Source: a virus (taxonomy: Duplodnaviria; Caudoviricetes). Taken from it: 30,360 bases of DNA. The position numbers were made by a program, and so were the translations under genes. The notes beneath the pieces are model-generated. The model was not told where the DNA came from. It ran no database searches and saw only the letters and a program-made list of their open reading frames with translations. The stretch covers positions 1 to 30,360 of IMG/VR virus record IMGVR_UViG_3300032084_002908, one strand, 5' to 3'. Shown piece after piece: positions 1 to 9,284 of this stretch; the first letter of the stretch is position 1, and each line of letters begins with the position of its first letter.

Positions 1-1695
1 GGTAATCGAATCCTTGTTTTCGAACTGCACACCCCATGTAAATGCATTCTGCACGTTCTTGCGAGGCGAAACGCCGACTGCAAGAGTTTCACGCATTGGC
101 ACTGGAGGCTGAACAACCTGAGCCATGGTGTCTTCAGTAATACCAGCTTCGCTGCTAGCCTCAGAGGTCGTGAACGATCCGGTCAAGATGGATGACGTGT
201 CTGACGTACCAGATGTTACCAAGTGGTACAGGCCGCGGAAACCAGTCGGCAGTGCAGTCGCATCAACAGCACCGCGATCAAGAGCATCGCTAATCTCAAC
301 TCTAATAAAGTTAGAAACATTTGGATAGTCGCCTTCAACCACGATCTTCTGGGCACCGGTAGCAGCATCGAAATCGAAGTAAGTGTGGCGATCACCGATG
401 CGCTTGGCAACATAAGTGTCAGCAGTCGGATCCAGTGTGCAACCTCGGAAAGACTCGACAACCTCAGGGTTGAGATCGTTGTCTAAGAAGCGACGAACCA
501 AGACATCGAACGTACCGTACTTGTTATTGGCTTTGTTGGATGCTTTGATGTTTTCAATAGTGATCTTGAACTCGCCAGAACCAATGGTACCGTCGGACAG
601 TGTGTGGAACTTGAACAAGTTGACGTTGTTAGCGCCAAACTTCTGTGAAACCACGAAAGGCGAGAAAGCAGCTGAGAATCTGTCTTCCCAGTTTTCAAGG
701 TTAGGTGTTCCAACCGTTGAAGCCCCAGTCGCTGTACCAGTATTTCGATCTTGTGAAGACGTTAGCAATAGAACCGAAGGCTCTCCGTCAGGCCACGATC
801 CAGCCGCGATGACTCCGTCACCAGTTACATCTGCTAGGTTTTTAGATATATCATAGTGAGCATAGAGATAGTGTCCAGCATCTTCGATCTTTGTTGGATC
901 TGTGTTGAAGACGTTGACGAAGTAGTTTGATGCATCCGGATCTAAAGAAGCAGTCAAGATGTTTTGGTATCTTGCACTTGGCTTAAGACCATTTGCGAAC
1001 AACACGAATTCCTGTGTTGTGGTATTGATTGTTCCTATCGGACCGCCTGCATCGTCAGTCGAAGCACCAAAAGCCCCAGCAGCAGCCAACGTTGTTGAAG
1101 GCAAGTTGTTGGATTCTAGGTTTGAACTAAGTGCCAAGACAACGCCGGAAGGAGCTAACAGCAACCCTCGAACGATTGGTTGTGCTTTGTTTTCGCCAAC
1201 GATCTGAATGCCGGCATCTGAAAAGATTGTCGATCCAGCTGACTGCGACATGAAAGCAGCCAAAACATGGGTTCTGCCCAAAGGAGTAGAACCTTGCTTT
1301 GTGCCGGCTTTATTGTTATCGCCGAGAAGCCCATTGTCTTGAGGCAAACGAGCGCCAACGACGAATCCTGCATTGTTTACGCGACCGATATTATCACCGG
1401 CTGTAGTTCTAGCTTGTCCATCGCCTACGCCAAGAACGCGAACGTATGTACCAGCTCCAGCATTGCGCAACCACTCACGCATTGCCATTGGGCCGAACTT
1501 TTCGCCATCTGAGTTACCGAAGACTGAAATAAAATCTTGAAATGTTGCAACAGTCACAGGGACAAATGCAGGCCCTCGGACAGCTGTACCGACAACGCCG
1601 GCCGGCACGCCTGTCGGCGAAACCTGAGTGGGACCCGAGAGGTCTATTTCTCTTGTCACCACACCTGGACTAACTGGGAATGTTAACTCTGCCAT
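1..1695 (-). CDS. gp18: Tail sheath protein paralog 2 (5' part; runs off the left edge of the window)
   Basis: Not in the ORF track. ATG at 1695 follows AGGAG and reads MAELTFPVSPGVVTREIDLSGPTQVSPTGVPAGVVGTAVRGPAFVPVTVATFQDFISVFG...KFGPMAMREWLRN...TYVRVLG, the sheath N-terminal motif and nearly colinear with 1726..4842. The same frame near position 1 reads QPPVPMRE...AFTWGVQFE, matching VPPMPYRV...RLYWGVKT of the other copy. I checked both ends by hand, not every internal codon. Confidence 0.92.
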   Translation of the reverse strand, partial: MAELTFPVSPGVVTREIDLSGPTQVSPTGVPAGVVGTAVRGPAFVPVTVATFQDFISVFGNSDGEKFGPMAMREWLRNAGAGTYVRVLGVGDGQARTTAGDNIGRVNNAGFVVGARLPQDNGLLGDNNKAGTKQGSTPLGRTHVLAAFMSQSAGSTIFSDAGIQIVGENKAQPIVRGLLLAPSGVVLALSSNLESNNLPSTTLAAAGAFGASTDDAGGPIGTINTTTQEFVLFANGLKPSARYQNILTASLDPDASNYFVNVFNTDPTKIEDAGHYLYAHYDISKNLADVTGDGVIAAGSWPDGEPSVLLLTSSQDRNTGTATGASTVGTPNLENWEDRFSAAFSPFVVSQKFGANNVNLFKFHTLSDGTIGSGEFKITIENIKASNKANNKYGTFDVLVRRFLDNDLNPEVVESFRGCTLDPTADTYVAKRIGDRHTYFDFDAATGAQKIVVEGDYPNVSNFIRVEISDALDRGAVDATALPTGFRGLYHLVTSGTSDTSSILTGSFTTSEASSEAGITEDTMAQVVQPPVPMRETLAVGVSPRKNVQNAFTWGVQFENKDSIT

Positions 1696-1713
1696 TTTTT
1701 CTCCTGCCTGTTT

Positions 1714-1722
1714 CTATTTATC
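1714..1722 (-). promoter_or_regulatory. Putative late promoter GATAAATAG upstream of sheath 2
   Basis: Contains the T4 late core ATAAATA, lies just upstream of the AGGAG RBS and fits the RATANWTAS consensus. Confidence 0.55.
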
Positions 1723-1725
1723 CTC

Positions 1726-4700
1726 TTACTCAAATGTAACGCCGCTATTTGTGACGATGAAATCAACTGCAATGAACTCGACCGCTCTAGTCGGCACGAC
1801 CTGAATTTGGCCGCGCATGCGATTCTGCTCAATGTCGGCAGCAGTGTTGTTTGTATCATCGCAAATAACCCGGAAGGCCTCGATGCCTTGTCCGGCTTGA
1901 ACAATTGTCAGCTGCTGTACTGCCTCTGCAGTGAAGCGAGCTCGGGTTGTTGCATTGTTTTGTTCGAACACCAATCTCTGAGCAATGCCGCCGATTCTTC
2001 GCTTGATATCAAGCATCATTCTGCGAACATTGATTCGATCAAGAGCACTCTGTGCAACTTGCAGAGTTTTCTGACCGAAGATAACGAAGCCTGCCCGCGG
2101 GAAGGTTGCGATTGGGTTAATTCGAGCATCATAGAGATCATCACGATCATTTGAAGAAAGTCTGTTCTCAGCATTCGTAACAAAATCAAGAGCACCACGA
2201 TTGAAACCAGCTGGAGCAAACCAGACTTGCTGCGTCTTATCGTTGAAACCAAGGGCTCCGAGAGCAGCAACCGATGGCGGAACTTCAACCACACGATTGT
2301 TGACGTTATCTTGAATGTCAACGTTCGGGAAGTAAGTTGCCACGTAGCTGTTGTCAACCTGGCGACCGTCGAACTGTGCGATTGTCTTATCAACGCTGGA
2401 TCTTGCAGCCGAATCATCGTAGAGACGATTGCTATCTTTGTCGTACTCAGGAATGTCCATGAGGTACATTGCCAAGTTGTAGCCCTTAGTTGCATCAGCA
2501 GCGTGGTCAGTCACGTATGCATCTCTCACACCAGGAACTGCCAAGAGGTTAATCTTAGAAGTCGTTGGGTTGGTGATGATATCAATGCCTTTCTGCAACG
2601 AGTAGACCTGGTTATTTCTGCGGCCGCTACCGGCAACATTTACATCAAGACCGATGTCAGGAAGCGTGACATTTTTACCGCCGGTATCTGCCGATAGAGC
2701 ACGGTCACGGAAGTAGAACTGATCTTCGTCAAGAATGTTGACGCCATCAAATCCGCCGTGGAAAACGTTGGTAAATTTTGCGAAGCCAGTAAAGCGATTG
2801 AACAGCGCTGAAGATGTTGCAATCAGCGATGCCATTGTAATTCTATTGGCGCGTGTTCCATCGTCTACAGTGTAGGTAACAGAATTAGGAATTCCGTTTC
2901 TTACGTAAGCTGCTTGAAGCATGTGCTCAGTAGCAGTTCCAGTCACCTGAGTTGTCACATCAGATAGCGTCGAAGCTGCGTTGTAGAGAGCAACTCTTGC
3001 AAGGGTGAACTTGTTGTTGTTGAACGCGTCCTTACCAGAGCCGGTGACCAAAGTATCCAGTTTCTGAATTCCCTGGAATCTAGTGTATGCCCTAACGAGT
3101 GGGTTAATTCCAGCGCCAATATTTGCATTAAGTGCTGCATTTTCAACGCCGTTCACAGAATCAGTTGTAGAATCAACCGGTATTGGATTAGTCTTTACGC
3201 CCCAGTACAGACGACCGTCGACTCTCTCGTCTTCACCAGGATCTCCCAAGAAGCTAGGAGAACTAGCCACTGCACCTCGAGTAACCTTGACTCTATAAGG
3301 CATAGGAGGCACGATAGAAGAAGTAACGCCGGTTGGAGAATAAGCTATTCTATTAACCGAAGTGCCACCGTAAGTCGTGCCGTCAAAAGATAGAGCAGAC
3401 GTCGAATCTGTAAGCGTGTCCGTTGTCTTGACAACTGGGATACCGCGGAAACCAAATGGTAAAGCATCTTTAGGCACTTGGCCCTTGTCTACTTGCTCGT
3501 TCATTACAATGCGAATTCTAGACGAGACATTCGGATACTTGCCCGTAACAACTAATCTTCTCTCGTCTGGATCTTCCTGATCAAAATCAAATCTAACTTT
3601 CTTGTCACCAATTAGACGAGCTACGTATCGATCTGAGTTTGGATCAAGAGAGCAGTTAGGATATCGTTCCAAGATGGCAGAATTTCCATCTGAGTCTTCG
3701 AATGAACGAACCTGAACTTCGAATGATCCATAAGGCTGCTTTTCATTAGTGGAAGCCTTAAGGCCGGCAATCGACACCTTGTACTTTTCGTTAGCGTAAG
3801 CTCCGTCGTCGATTGTTTCGAAACGGAAAAGATCGTATTCTGCTTTGCCGTAAGGCTGCGAAATGAAATCTGATGTCTTAGGAGTTGTGTATCTTGTATC
3901 AAAACGTCCAAACAGAGTCTCAAAAGCATTGTCCAAAGGATCATTTGCGCTGTTATCGCTAGAACCAGAGACGATAGCAACAGTTGGAATGTTTCCTATG
4001 TCGTCAGCTGCGATTACAGGCGCCAAGTCGTGCTCAACTGCGAAATCCATGTAAAGTAAGTGCTGATCTTGCTGAAATCTCAGAGGATCCGTGTTTAGAA
4101 CTTTGGCAATATAAGCACCATCGTTCGGATCAAGCGAAGCTGATAGAATTCTAATACCTGCTTGAGACTCGTCGTTACCAAACGTTGCGCCTGCTGAAGA
4201 GCTGATAACGAGCTTGAAATATTTCGAAGCTGACAGTGAGGAACCAGCAATGCTGCCTACTGTTGCTTCAGTTGCAACATCGGAGTAACTGCCATCGTGG
4301 TTAATCGCAAGAAGTCTAGTGCCAGAAGCCAGCATGACCATGCCTCTAACGAGACCGATTTCATCTGTATTGGCAACACTAGCATTATCAGTAAAAACAG
4401 GAAACCCAGATGCTTCATCTGCTACAGCATTGTGCTTTGCAATAATGAACTGCACGTCGCCTTCTGCGCTGACAACAGTACCATCTGCAGAAACTGTTCC
4501 GGAAACTCTAAAACCTGCATTTGAAACAATGCCGGCAGTACGCGTATTTGCAATATGAGTTGCTGTCTCATTTGCTCCGGCGCCTAGAACACGAACATAC
4601 GTGCATGCCGTTCTATTTTCTAACCATTTTTGTACAGCATATGGACCGAAACGCTTGGGATCTAATGATCCGAACTTGGTCTCAAAGTCCGCAAAAGACC

Positions 4701-4842
4701 CTACTGTAACTGGCACAAAAGCCGGTCCTTTTTCAGCCGTGCCAACCACGCCGGCCGGAATTCCGTTGACTTGTGTCACGCGTCCGGAAAGATCGATTTC
4801 CTGGTCGAAAAATCCCGGTGATCTAAATGTCTGTTCAGCCAT
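1726..4842 (-). CDS. gp18: Tail sheath protein (1038 aa, large insertions)
   Basis: N-terminal SPGFFDQEIDLS...GVVGTAEKGPAFVP. C-terminal sheath motifs WFAPAGFNRG, LYDARINPI, FGQKTLQ, ALDRINVRRMM, FEQNN and VPTRAVEFIAVDF. AGGAG RBS. Confidence 0.96.
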   Translation of the reverse strand: MAEQTFRSPGFFDQEIDLSGRVTQVNGIPAGVVGTAEKGPAFVPVTVGSFADFETKFGSLDPKRFGPYAVQKWLENRTACTYVRVLGAGANETATHIANTRTAGIVSNAGFRVSGTVSADGTVVSAEGDVQFIIAKHNAVADEASGFPVFTDNASVANTDEIGLVRGMVMLASGTRLLAINHDGSYSDVATEATVGSIAGSSLSASKYFKLVISSSAGATFGNDESQAGIRILSASLDPNDGAYIAKVLNTDPLRFQQDQHLLYMDFAVEHDLAPVIAADDIGNIPTVAIVSGSSDNSANDPLDNAFETLFGRFDTRYTTPKTSDFISQPYGKAEYDLFRFETIDDGAYANEKYKVSIAGLKASTNEKQPYGSFEVQVRSFEDSDGNSAILERYPNCSLDPNSDRYVARLIGDKKVRFDFDQEDPDERRLVVTGKYPNVSSRIRIVMNEQVDKGQVPKDALPFGFRGIPVVKTTDTLTDSTSALSFDGTTYGGTSVNRIAYSPTGVTSSIVPPMPYRVKVTRGAVASSPSFLGDPGEDERVDGRLYWGVKTNPIPVDSTTDSVNGVENAALNANIGAGINPLVRAYTRFQGIQKLDTLVTGSGKDAFNNNKFTLARVALYNAASTLSDVTTQVTGTATEHMLQAAYVRNGIPNSVTYTVDDGTRANRITMASLIATSSALFNRFTGFAKFTNVFHGGFDGVNILDEDQFYFRDRALSADTGGKNVTLPDIGLDVNVAGSGRRNNQVYSLQKGIDIITNPTTSKINLLAVPGVRDAYVTDHAADATKGYNLAMYLMDIPEYDKDSNRLYDDSAARSSVDKTIAQFDGRQVDNSYVATYFPNVDIQDNVNNRVVEVPPSVAALGALGFNDKTQQVWFAPAGFNRGALDFVTNAENRLSSNDRDDLYDARINPIATFPRAGFVIFGQKTLQVAQSALDRINVRRMMLDIKRRIGGIAQRLVFEQNNATTRARFTAEAVQQLTIVQAGQGIEAFRVICDDTNNTAADIEQNRMRGQIQVVPTRAVEFIAVDFIVTNSGVTFE

Positions 4843-4877
4843 GACTTCTCCTGTTTGCTAATTTGCGAAGCTCTACT

Positions 4878-4886
4878 GTAAGTATC
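4878..4886 (-). promoter_or_regulatory. Putative late promoter GATACTTAC upstream of sheath 1
   Basis: Intergenic copy of the recurring motif, about 36 nt upstream of the ATG. Confidence 0.55.
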
Positions 4887-4897
4887 CATGGAAATCT

Positions 4898-4936
4898 AAA
4901 AATGCCAGCAAAAGTTGTATTCTTTTGCCCGGACAT
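4898..4936 (-). terminator. Possible weak intrinsic terminator or hairpin after the gp15-like gene
   Basis: Inverted repeat GCAAAAG-N7-CTTTTGC (4908-4928), extendable with bulges and followed by a short T run on the minus strand. Confidence 0.3.
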
Positions 4937-6273
4937 TAAAAGACCTCTCTGTAAACTGTTTCGCCGTTTCGGCTGGTGCGGGTCTTTAAATAAGAACGTT
5001 CTTCTTCGTTCTCTCCAGAAAATGGATTTTTTTCAGTTACAACCACTGGTATCCTTTCCGGAGTACCGCTACCGCCTCTTTCAGCAGAGCCACTAATATA
5101 ATTTGTCGGATGCGCCACAATGTCGTTTGTAATGCCTCCAATAAGCGCAGTATCTTGTTTGTCCAAATTTTGAACTCCAGGCTGCCTAGGATCAGTTGCT
5201 GATGTAGAACTGTCGGCAATTGCCTGTCCAGGCAAAGGAGCGTCAATACTGCGATTGTCTAAAAGATAATCTGATGAATCACCACTAGGTATGTTTGAAA
5301 CTTTGTTTGGATATTCTACTTCTCCATTTACAAAATTTGCTTCAAATGTGACCTGCGGGGATGACATCACTCTTCTTAGTCTATTTGGCGCTCCTTTATA
5401 GGTGGATCCCAAAAGGTATCCAGGCACCTTAAGCGTAAAACTAGTTCTGATTATTCTCTCATCGTCGGTAAAATCATCAAAGTTATTACCAGGATCAAAA
5501 TTAGAATCCAAGTAAGCAACGAAAGTATAGCCTTTTTTAGTCTCAAGCCTAAAAGATCTGCCAGAGTAGCTCTGCATGTTAGAAGCAATTGCCATCATGA
5601 TGTCATTCATCTGCTGAACATATTGCGTCCATACAGTGACTTCGTAAGTAGCAGTAATAAATTGTACCGGTGGCATTTCTGTAACTTCAAAAATGTTATC
5701 ATCCAGCTCAGGAGTTAACAAATCTCCCCTTCTTACCCCTAGAGGAACATTGGTACCTGGCCTTCTAGTAGCAAAACGCCCGGGCTTCGCACCTGCTAGA
5801 GGCTGTGTTTTGTCTGACTGTAGTAGAGCATCAGACGAAGGCAGGTCATCAGAGTTTTTCAGATTAAGCTTGTTGACAATTCTCTGGTATTTTGGATCCT
5901 TACGAGAGAGCTTTGTGCGAACTACATGCGGCACGGCCTGATTTGAAGCCAAACCCATTTCGTTGTTCATGTCGACGCCTTGCCGCATCACAGAAATGAC
6001 TGGCAATATAAGAGCATTGTTGACATCTCGAAGAGGTTTCTTTCTGGCTATCAGGGCAAATCTCTCACCAGATGCAAACACGATCGGCACTCTTTTGGTG
6101 CGCTTCTTGTAAGTGTAGTGCAACGGTAAGTCTCTATCCAGCAGATCAAAGACGCCTCTGTCTATATCTTCTATAGTGCAGCTGGGGATATCCAGGATGG
6201 CATCTGTGGCATTCTCTCCAGATACAGGTATGTTACCTTGGCTATTAGCCTCTAATGTCTCACGGGTGCTCAT
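4936..6273 (-). CDS. gp15: Tail terminator / sheath stabiliser and completion protein (T4 gp15-like)
   Basis: RVPIVFASGERF, LPVISVMR and TYEVTVWTQYVQQMNDIM resemble gp15-family motifs. Position between the gp14-like gene and the sheath matches T4 order. Confidence 0.7.
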   Translation of the reverse strand: MSTRETLEANSQGNIPVSGENATDAILDIPSCTIEDIDRGVFDLLDRDLPLHYTYKKRTKRVPIVFASGERFALIARKKPLRDVNNALILPVISVMRQGVDMNNEMGLASNQAVPHVVRTKLSRKDPKYQRIVNKLNLKNSDDLPSSDALLQSDKTQPLAGAKPGRFATRRPGTNVPLGVRRGDLLTPELDDNIFEVTEMPPVQFITATYEVTVWTQYVQQMNDIMMAIASNMQSYSGRSFRLETKKGYTFVAYLDSNFDPGNNFDDFTDDERIIRTSFTLKVPGYLLGSTYKGAPNRLRRVMSSPQVTFEANFVNGEVEYPNKVSNIPSGDSSDYLLDNRSIDAPLPGQAIADSSTSATDPRQPGVQNLDKQDTALIGGITNDIVAHPTNYISGSAERGGSGTPERIPVVVTEKNPFSGENEEERSYLKTRTSRNGETVYREVF

Positions 6274-6278
6274 ATCTG

Positions 6279-6944
6279 CTAACTCTCATCGTAGAATGCA
6301 GAGCCGACATCTTCCGGATCTCCGCGCTCAGACACTTCAGCCGGACCAGAAATTGGAGCATCGAGCACACCTTTTTCTTGCAGCGCTCGAGTATCGCCAG
6401 TTGGGCCAAGTCTATTCTCTTCAAATCCGCGTTGCTGCACAAAAGTTTCTTGCACAGAGCCTGGGTCTGTGTAGCTCTCTGATGTTGGACCATTCGGGTC
6501 TTTTTGAATCTGGCCCAATCTTGCCTGGCGGCCCATGATTTTTACGCCCATGGCATGCTCAATCTGGCCGTAAATGTTGGACTCAATTTGGTGCTGAATA
6601 ATTTCAAAGAATGTAGCATCGTAAGAGAAGTAATCGCCAATCTTAACATCGATGTTTCTATCTAACAGATCTCTATTGTGTAGATAGACTTCGATTGAAT
6701 AGAACTCTTCAACGCCAAATCGATTGATTCGGTTGTCTTCGGGTTGGTACTCCACTCTAGCTTCGATCTCAATGGGAGGATCAAAGACCTTGTCCGGAGC
6801 TTCTTCGTAAACGTCGTGAACATCAGTCACGTCCGGACGAACCGTGTAGTAATAGATCTTTTGACCAACGACGTCTTTAATGATTTCTTTGTTGATGTCG
6901 TTGATGAAATCGATCTCTCTGGGTGTTAGAAATAGTCTAGCCAT
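6279..6944 (-). CDS. gp14: Head closure / neck protein (T4 gp14-like)
   Basis: GQKIYYY, DVYEEAPDKVF, RFGVEE and KIGDYFSY...FFEI follow the gp14 pattern; directly downstream of the gp13-like gene. Confidence 0.72.
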   Translation of the reverse strand: MARLFLTPREIDFINDINKEIIKDVVGQKIYYYTVRPDVTDVHDVYEEAPDKVFDPPIEIEARVEYQPEDNRINRFGVEEFYSIEVYLHNRDLLDRNIDVKIGDYFSYDATFFEIIQHQIESNIYGQIEHAMGVKIMGRQARLGQIQKDPNGPTSESYTDPGSVQETFVQQRGFEENRLGPTGDTRALQEKGVLDAPISGPAEVSERGDPEDVGSAFYDES

Positions 6945-6950
6945 CTACGT

Positions 6951-8120
6951 TTACCCGATGAAAATTGCCCGTCCATTAGGGATGGGAATCTTTTTGAGAA
7001 TGTTGGTCAAGCTCTCTGCTGCTCCCGCCTCGTCCTCAAGCATCTTGCTGTAAGTCAGTTCGTTTAGCATTTCAGACAGCTTGGTGATCAAATTGCCCTT
7101 TTCTTCTCGACCCTGGGAGATTAGCTCAGCACCATTTAGCTGGAGGTCACCACCCGGAATAGGCACAGTTGAGAACTTATTGCGGACCAAGCCCAACAAC
7201 TCTTTTGCCAACGCTAGAGTATACTGCCTCACCCATTGACGGCCTACGGAATTTATCTTGGAAAACTGCAAATTGCCGAAAGGCACATTGGACATGTTAG
7301 ACACGCCATAGATGGCAGGGTCGGGAATGCCTGGATTCATTGGATCTGGCGAGAACTGCACTCTCATAAACAGATTCAAAGGATCGTGTTGAGTAGGTGT
7401 CGGAAAAATTCTTATGTTACGACCAATAATCTTGTAAGTGTAATTTGATCTTCTAACCCTGTTGGATAGATCTAATTGACCACCTCGAAGAATGTCTTCA
7501 AAAACTGGCAGCACATAGAAAACAGTCTCCGGAGTAAAAGACTCAAAAGAAAATTCGTTGTTCAAATAGTTGATTGCAGAAGTCGTATCGAAAAACCTGT
7601 AAGCAGCTTGCGGCGAATAGTGAAATACTTCCATGATCTTCATTTTAGAATTAGAAGTGTTTAGACTACTCGAAAAAATTAAGTTGCCGTTGGAATCTTT
7701 GAGCGTATCGTAGATGTCATAATCTTGCTGGTTTCTGACCAGCGAGATTGATCCCGAAATACTATCATAAGAACCACCCAAGCCGGCTTCCATTGCATAT
7801 GGTTCTGCTCGACGAAGCATGAACTCAAGATTCTCTCGTGGATATCTCTGTTCAAAACCCTCCAAAGAACCGGTTGGAAAACCTAGCAAGTTTGCCAACT
7901 GCGACTTGATTTGGTATTGGTTGATCAGCGAGCCGTATTCGCACAGCGCTTCTTCAAAACAAGCCCAGATCTGTTTCTTGGTGAGCTCAACACTCAGCAC
8001 GTCGTCGCCGAGTTTGCGCTTGACAAATGTAACCATCGCGTCGGCTTCAATTTGAAACTCTGAATCAGTATCAAAGAAGCCGAACGGAGTGGGATTGATT
8101 GTGTTGAGAAAACTACTCAT
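6951..8120 (-). CDS. gp13: Neck protein / head-tail adaptor (T4 gp13-like)
   Basis: RKLGDDVLSVELTKKQI and WVRQYTLALAKELLG...KFSTVPIPGGDLQLNG are gp13-family motifs. Start moved to ATG 8120 because GGAG lies 6 nt upstream. Confidence 0.88.
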   Translation of the reverse strand: MSSFLNTINPTPFGFFDTDSEFQIEADAMVTFVKRKLGDDVLSVELTKKQIWACFEEALCEYGSLINQYQIKSQLANLLGFPTGSLEGFEQRYPRENLEFMLRRAEPYAMEAGLGGSYDSISGSISLVRNQQDYDIYDTLKDSNGNLIFSSSLNTSNSKMKIMEVFHYSPQAAYRFFDTTSAINYLNNEFSFESFTPETVFYVLPVFEDILRGGQLDLSNRVRRSNYTYKIIGRNIRIFPTPTQHDPLNLFMRVQFSPDPMNPGIPDPAIYGVSNMSNVPFGNLQFSKINSVGRQWVRQYTLALAKELLGLVRNKFSTVPIPGGDLQLNGAELISQGREEKGNLITKLSEMLNELTYSKMLEDEAGAAESLTNILKKIPIPNGRAIFIG

Positions 8121-8135
8121 GCCGATCTCCAAGTA

Positions 8136-8144
8136 CTAAATATC
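8136..8144 (-). promoter_or_regulatory. Putative late promoter GATATTTAG upstream of the gp13-like gene
   Basis: Recurring intergenic motif immediately upstream of the RBS. Confidence 0.6.
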
Positions 8145-8163
8145 TCGAGACCGATAAGTTTGA

Positions 8164-8493
8164 TCAAATCATCTTTTCCAAAAAAAGTGCAGCGGCCATG
8201 AGAAACTGAACAACTGCAAAGATCGTGACTGCTTTGGTCTTAAATCTCTCATGCTCAGCAACTTGGTCCCTGAGATCTTTCATCTGGCTCGGAGAATAGA
8301 CTTCGTCGACTTTATCCTTCCAGGTTTTGAGATCATCAACTTTGCTCTCTTTTGCTTCGAGTCGCAGAATGTCCTTTCGAACTTCCTGCAGCTCAGCATT
8401 TAGAGCTTGGATGCCTTCAGCTAAAGTCTCTAGCTCTTTCAGCACAAGTCTGGAGTACTCATTCCAGCCGTTATCCCTGTTTTCTGTCGACAC
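8164..8493 (-). CDS. Small coiled-coil protein with C-terminal transmembrane helix (possibly holin/XhlA-like)
   Basis: AAGGAG RBS before GTG at 8493. Heptad-like LKELETLAEGIQALNAELQEVRKDILRLE and hydrophobic tail AVTIFAVVQFLMAAALFL. The function is inferred from architecture only. Confidence 0.65.
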   Translation of the reverse strand: MSTENRDNGWNEYSRLVLKELETLAEGIQALNAELQEVRKDILRLEAKESKVDDLKTWKDKVDEVYSPSQMKDLRDQVAEHERFKTKAVTIFAVVQFLMAAALFLEKMI

Positions 8494-8695
8494 AACTGGC
8501 TCCTTTATTCTTGGATACAACTTCAAAAATTTTAGACATTTTTTCGTCGAGAGCCAAGTCGCCCTCAGCTATTTTCGCAATCTGATCAAATAGCTTAGCT
8601 TTAACTTCACAGGCTGTTTCATATTTCTCATGCTGAGCTAATAACTCATAAAGCTTATCAAACCTGCCGGATTTATTAAGCTTTTCTTGTTTCAT
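8471..8695 (-). CDS. Hypothetical protein (74 aa)
   Basis: ATGA overlap with the stop of the upstream gene; fills the gap in a co-oriented operon. Confidence 0.6.
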   Translation of the reverse strand: MKQEKLNKSGRFDKLYELLAQHEKYETACEVKAKLFDQIAKIAEGDLALDEKMSKIFEVVSKNKGASCVDRKQG

Positions 8696-9177
8696 TTCAT
8701 CAATCTAGCAATGAGGTCTGCGTAAAGATCTGCTGATGCCAGCCAATGTAGCCTTCTCACTGCATCGATGCCGTGCAGCCTAGCTGTTTCAACTACTTTA
8801 TCAAGATCGCTGCCGTAAACAGTTGTGTCATAGCCGGCAGCATACACAGCTGCTCTGACTGCCTTCCATTCAACAGCTTTCTTTGGCTCAGGCTTTGGCT
8901 CAGGCTTTGGCTCAGGCTTAGGTTCTGGCTTAGGCTCAGGCTTAGGTTCTGGCTTAGGCTCCTCTTCTTTTGGCTCTGGAACTAATCCACTAGCGCGAGG
9001 CTCCGGAGCGGCTTCAACTACTAGCTCTTCTGCGGGAGCGGGCGCAGGTGCTTCAACCTCAACCGCATCAGCTTCGACCTCAGGCTCGAGCGAAGGCACA
9101 GGCACAAAGCCGCTAGCTCTTGGCTCGGTTGCTTTCTTTGATGTGTTTGTCTTTGTTTTTTTGCTTTTACTTGCCAC
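8692..9177 (-). CDS. Hypothetical Pro/Glu/Lys-rich protein with EPKP repeats
   Basis: AAGGAG RBS and GTG start. Basic N-terminus, low-complexity linker and a small helical-looking C-terminal domain. Confidence 0.75.
   Translation of the reverse strand: MASKSKKTKTNTSKKATEPRASGFVPVPSLEPEVEADAVEVEAPAPAPAEELVVEAAPEPRASGLVPEPKEEEPKPEPKPEPKPEPKPEPKPEPKPEPKKAVEWKAVRAAVYAAGYDTTVYGSDLDKVVETARLHGIDAVRRLHWLASADLYADLIARLMK
8881..8961 (-). repeat. Imperfect 12-bp coding tandem repeat encoding (EPKP)6-EPK
   Basis: Units such as ctttggctcagg / cttaggttctgg on the + strand; differences are synonymous. Confidence 0.9.
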
Positions 9178-9209
9178 GTCAATTCTCCTTGCTCATAAAG
9201 CAGTCTCTA

Positions 9210-9218
9210 GTAAGTATC
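9210..9218 (-). promoter_or_regulatory. Putative late promoter GATACTTAC restarting transcription after the capsid terminator
   Basis: Recurring motif located downstream of the terminator and upstream of the RBS. It also overlaps a weak sigma70-like TTGTCA-N16-GATACT. Confidence 0.6.
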
Positions 9219-9284
9219 TAAACGATCGAGAATTTGACAATTTTTCAGTGAGGATTTGTTTTCAAATTTTAGAAAATTGAAATT

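Noticed and set aside
125-1512. Numerous short ORFs listed in the first 1.7 kb
   Set aside because: They are antisense or off-frame shadows of the sheath-2 reading frame (1..1695, minus strand).
1-8120. Sheath genes as a bacterial contractile injection system or tailocin
   Set aside because: They are linked to a full head and packaging module (capsid, portal, terminase), so this is a phage.
8881-8961. Short tandem repeats resembling a CRISPR-like array
   Set aside because: The 12-bp units have no spacers and are in-frame coding repeats (EPKP).
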